From: a virus
IMG/VR virus record: IMGVR_UViG_3300021197_001752
Span: 82,706 to 146,705 of that record
Strand: one strand, 5' to 3'
Length of the DNA stretch: 64,000 nucleotides
Position 1 is the first letter of the stretch, and each line of letters opens with the position of its first letter. This document shows, in pieces, positions 63,644-64,000 of the stretch. Under the pieces are notes generated by a model. It worked only from the letters and a program-made list of their open reading frames with translations, searched no databases and was not told where the DNA came from. A program made the position numbers and the translations under genes.

Positions 63644-64000
63644 TTAAGTAGCAACACTCATCTTTTCTTCTACCAAGTCGCCAACGACCTTACCAAGATT
63701 TATTCTATCTAACATCAAATTCACAGTCGAGGGCCCGCTAGCAACCTGGGCTGCTGGGGCTGGTGCTCTTTGCTGGCTGCTTGCTGCATTGTTTGCAGCT
63801 ATCCCTGTTCTCTGATTCGCCGCCGTGGACACCATATCGTTTGCAAACTGAACATTAGTTCCTGCTATGATTGTGTCTCCATCGTTAAGAGCAACAAGGT
63901 CGCCCTTGTCAAATAACATTCTTTCACCATAAGATGAGGTTGAAGCTTTGCCGCTAGAAACATAATCGTTGGCTCTACCCACTGACACATAATCGTCTGC
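63644..64000 (-). CDS. C-terminus of probable tape measure protein (truncated by window)
   Basis: Position upstream of tube initiator; LNDGDTIIAGTN and V.L.LD...LG ending. Confidence 0.5.
   Translation of the reverse strand, partial: ADDYVSVGRANDYVSSGKASTSSYGERMLFDKGDLVALNDGDTIIAGTNVQFANDMVSTAANQRTGIAANNAASSQQRAPAPAAQVASGPSTVNLMLDRINLGKVVGDLVEEKMSVAT

Noticed and set aside
1-64000. tRNA/rRNA genes, CRISPR arrays, inteins/introns and stop-codon recoding
   Set aside because: No cloverleaf or regular repeat-spacer pattern seen by eye (not a substitute for tRNAscan). DnaE, RecA, helicase and RNR are of normal length. TAA, TAG and TGA all terminate well-conserved genes.

Overview
This window is a gene-dense, almost entirely minus-strand segment of a large (jumbo-like) tailed dsDNA phage, probably a myovirus, using the standard genetic code. 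It encodes a replication and recombination block (DnaE, a short PolA-family polymerase, 5'-3' exonuclease, DnaB-type helicase, RecA, gp32-like SSB). It also has nucleotide-metabolism genes (class II RNR, dUTPase, IMPDH/GMPR, deaminase, glutaredoxin) and DNA modification/nuclease genes (two MTases, a Mom-like protein, DUF262-HNH). A large proteostasis set is present (GroEL, GroES, J-domain, FKBP, ClpP, RseP, trypsin, MoxR+vWA), and baseplate/tape-measure genes lie at the right end. MopE-type Cys repeats and a PilX-like pilin suggest a Myxococcota/deltaproteobacterial host (inference). The most notable observations are: (1) a family of unrelated proteins sharing an N-terminal MKITKxxLxxII(K/R)EE leader behind a putative late promoter, a candidate capsid-targeting cargo system, with an unannotated 33-aa, 10-Cys micropeptide in the same operon; (2) a coupled trypsin protease / single-pass membrane protein / RseP triad resembling a DegS-RseA-RseP intramembrane proteolysis cascade; (3) 5'-leader to post-stop complementarity flanking the ssb and MoxR genes, with a predicted pseudoknot after ssb; and (4) two promoter classes, a sigma70-like early cassette (four copies) and a CTANTTA late-type motif. 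All calls come from motif recognition by eye; no searches were run.
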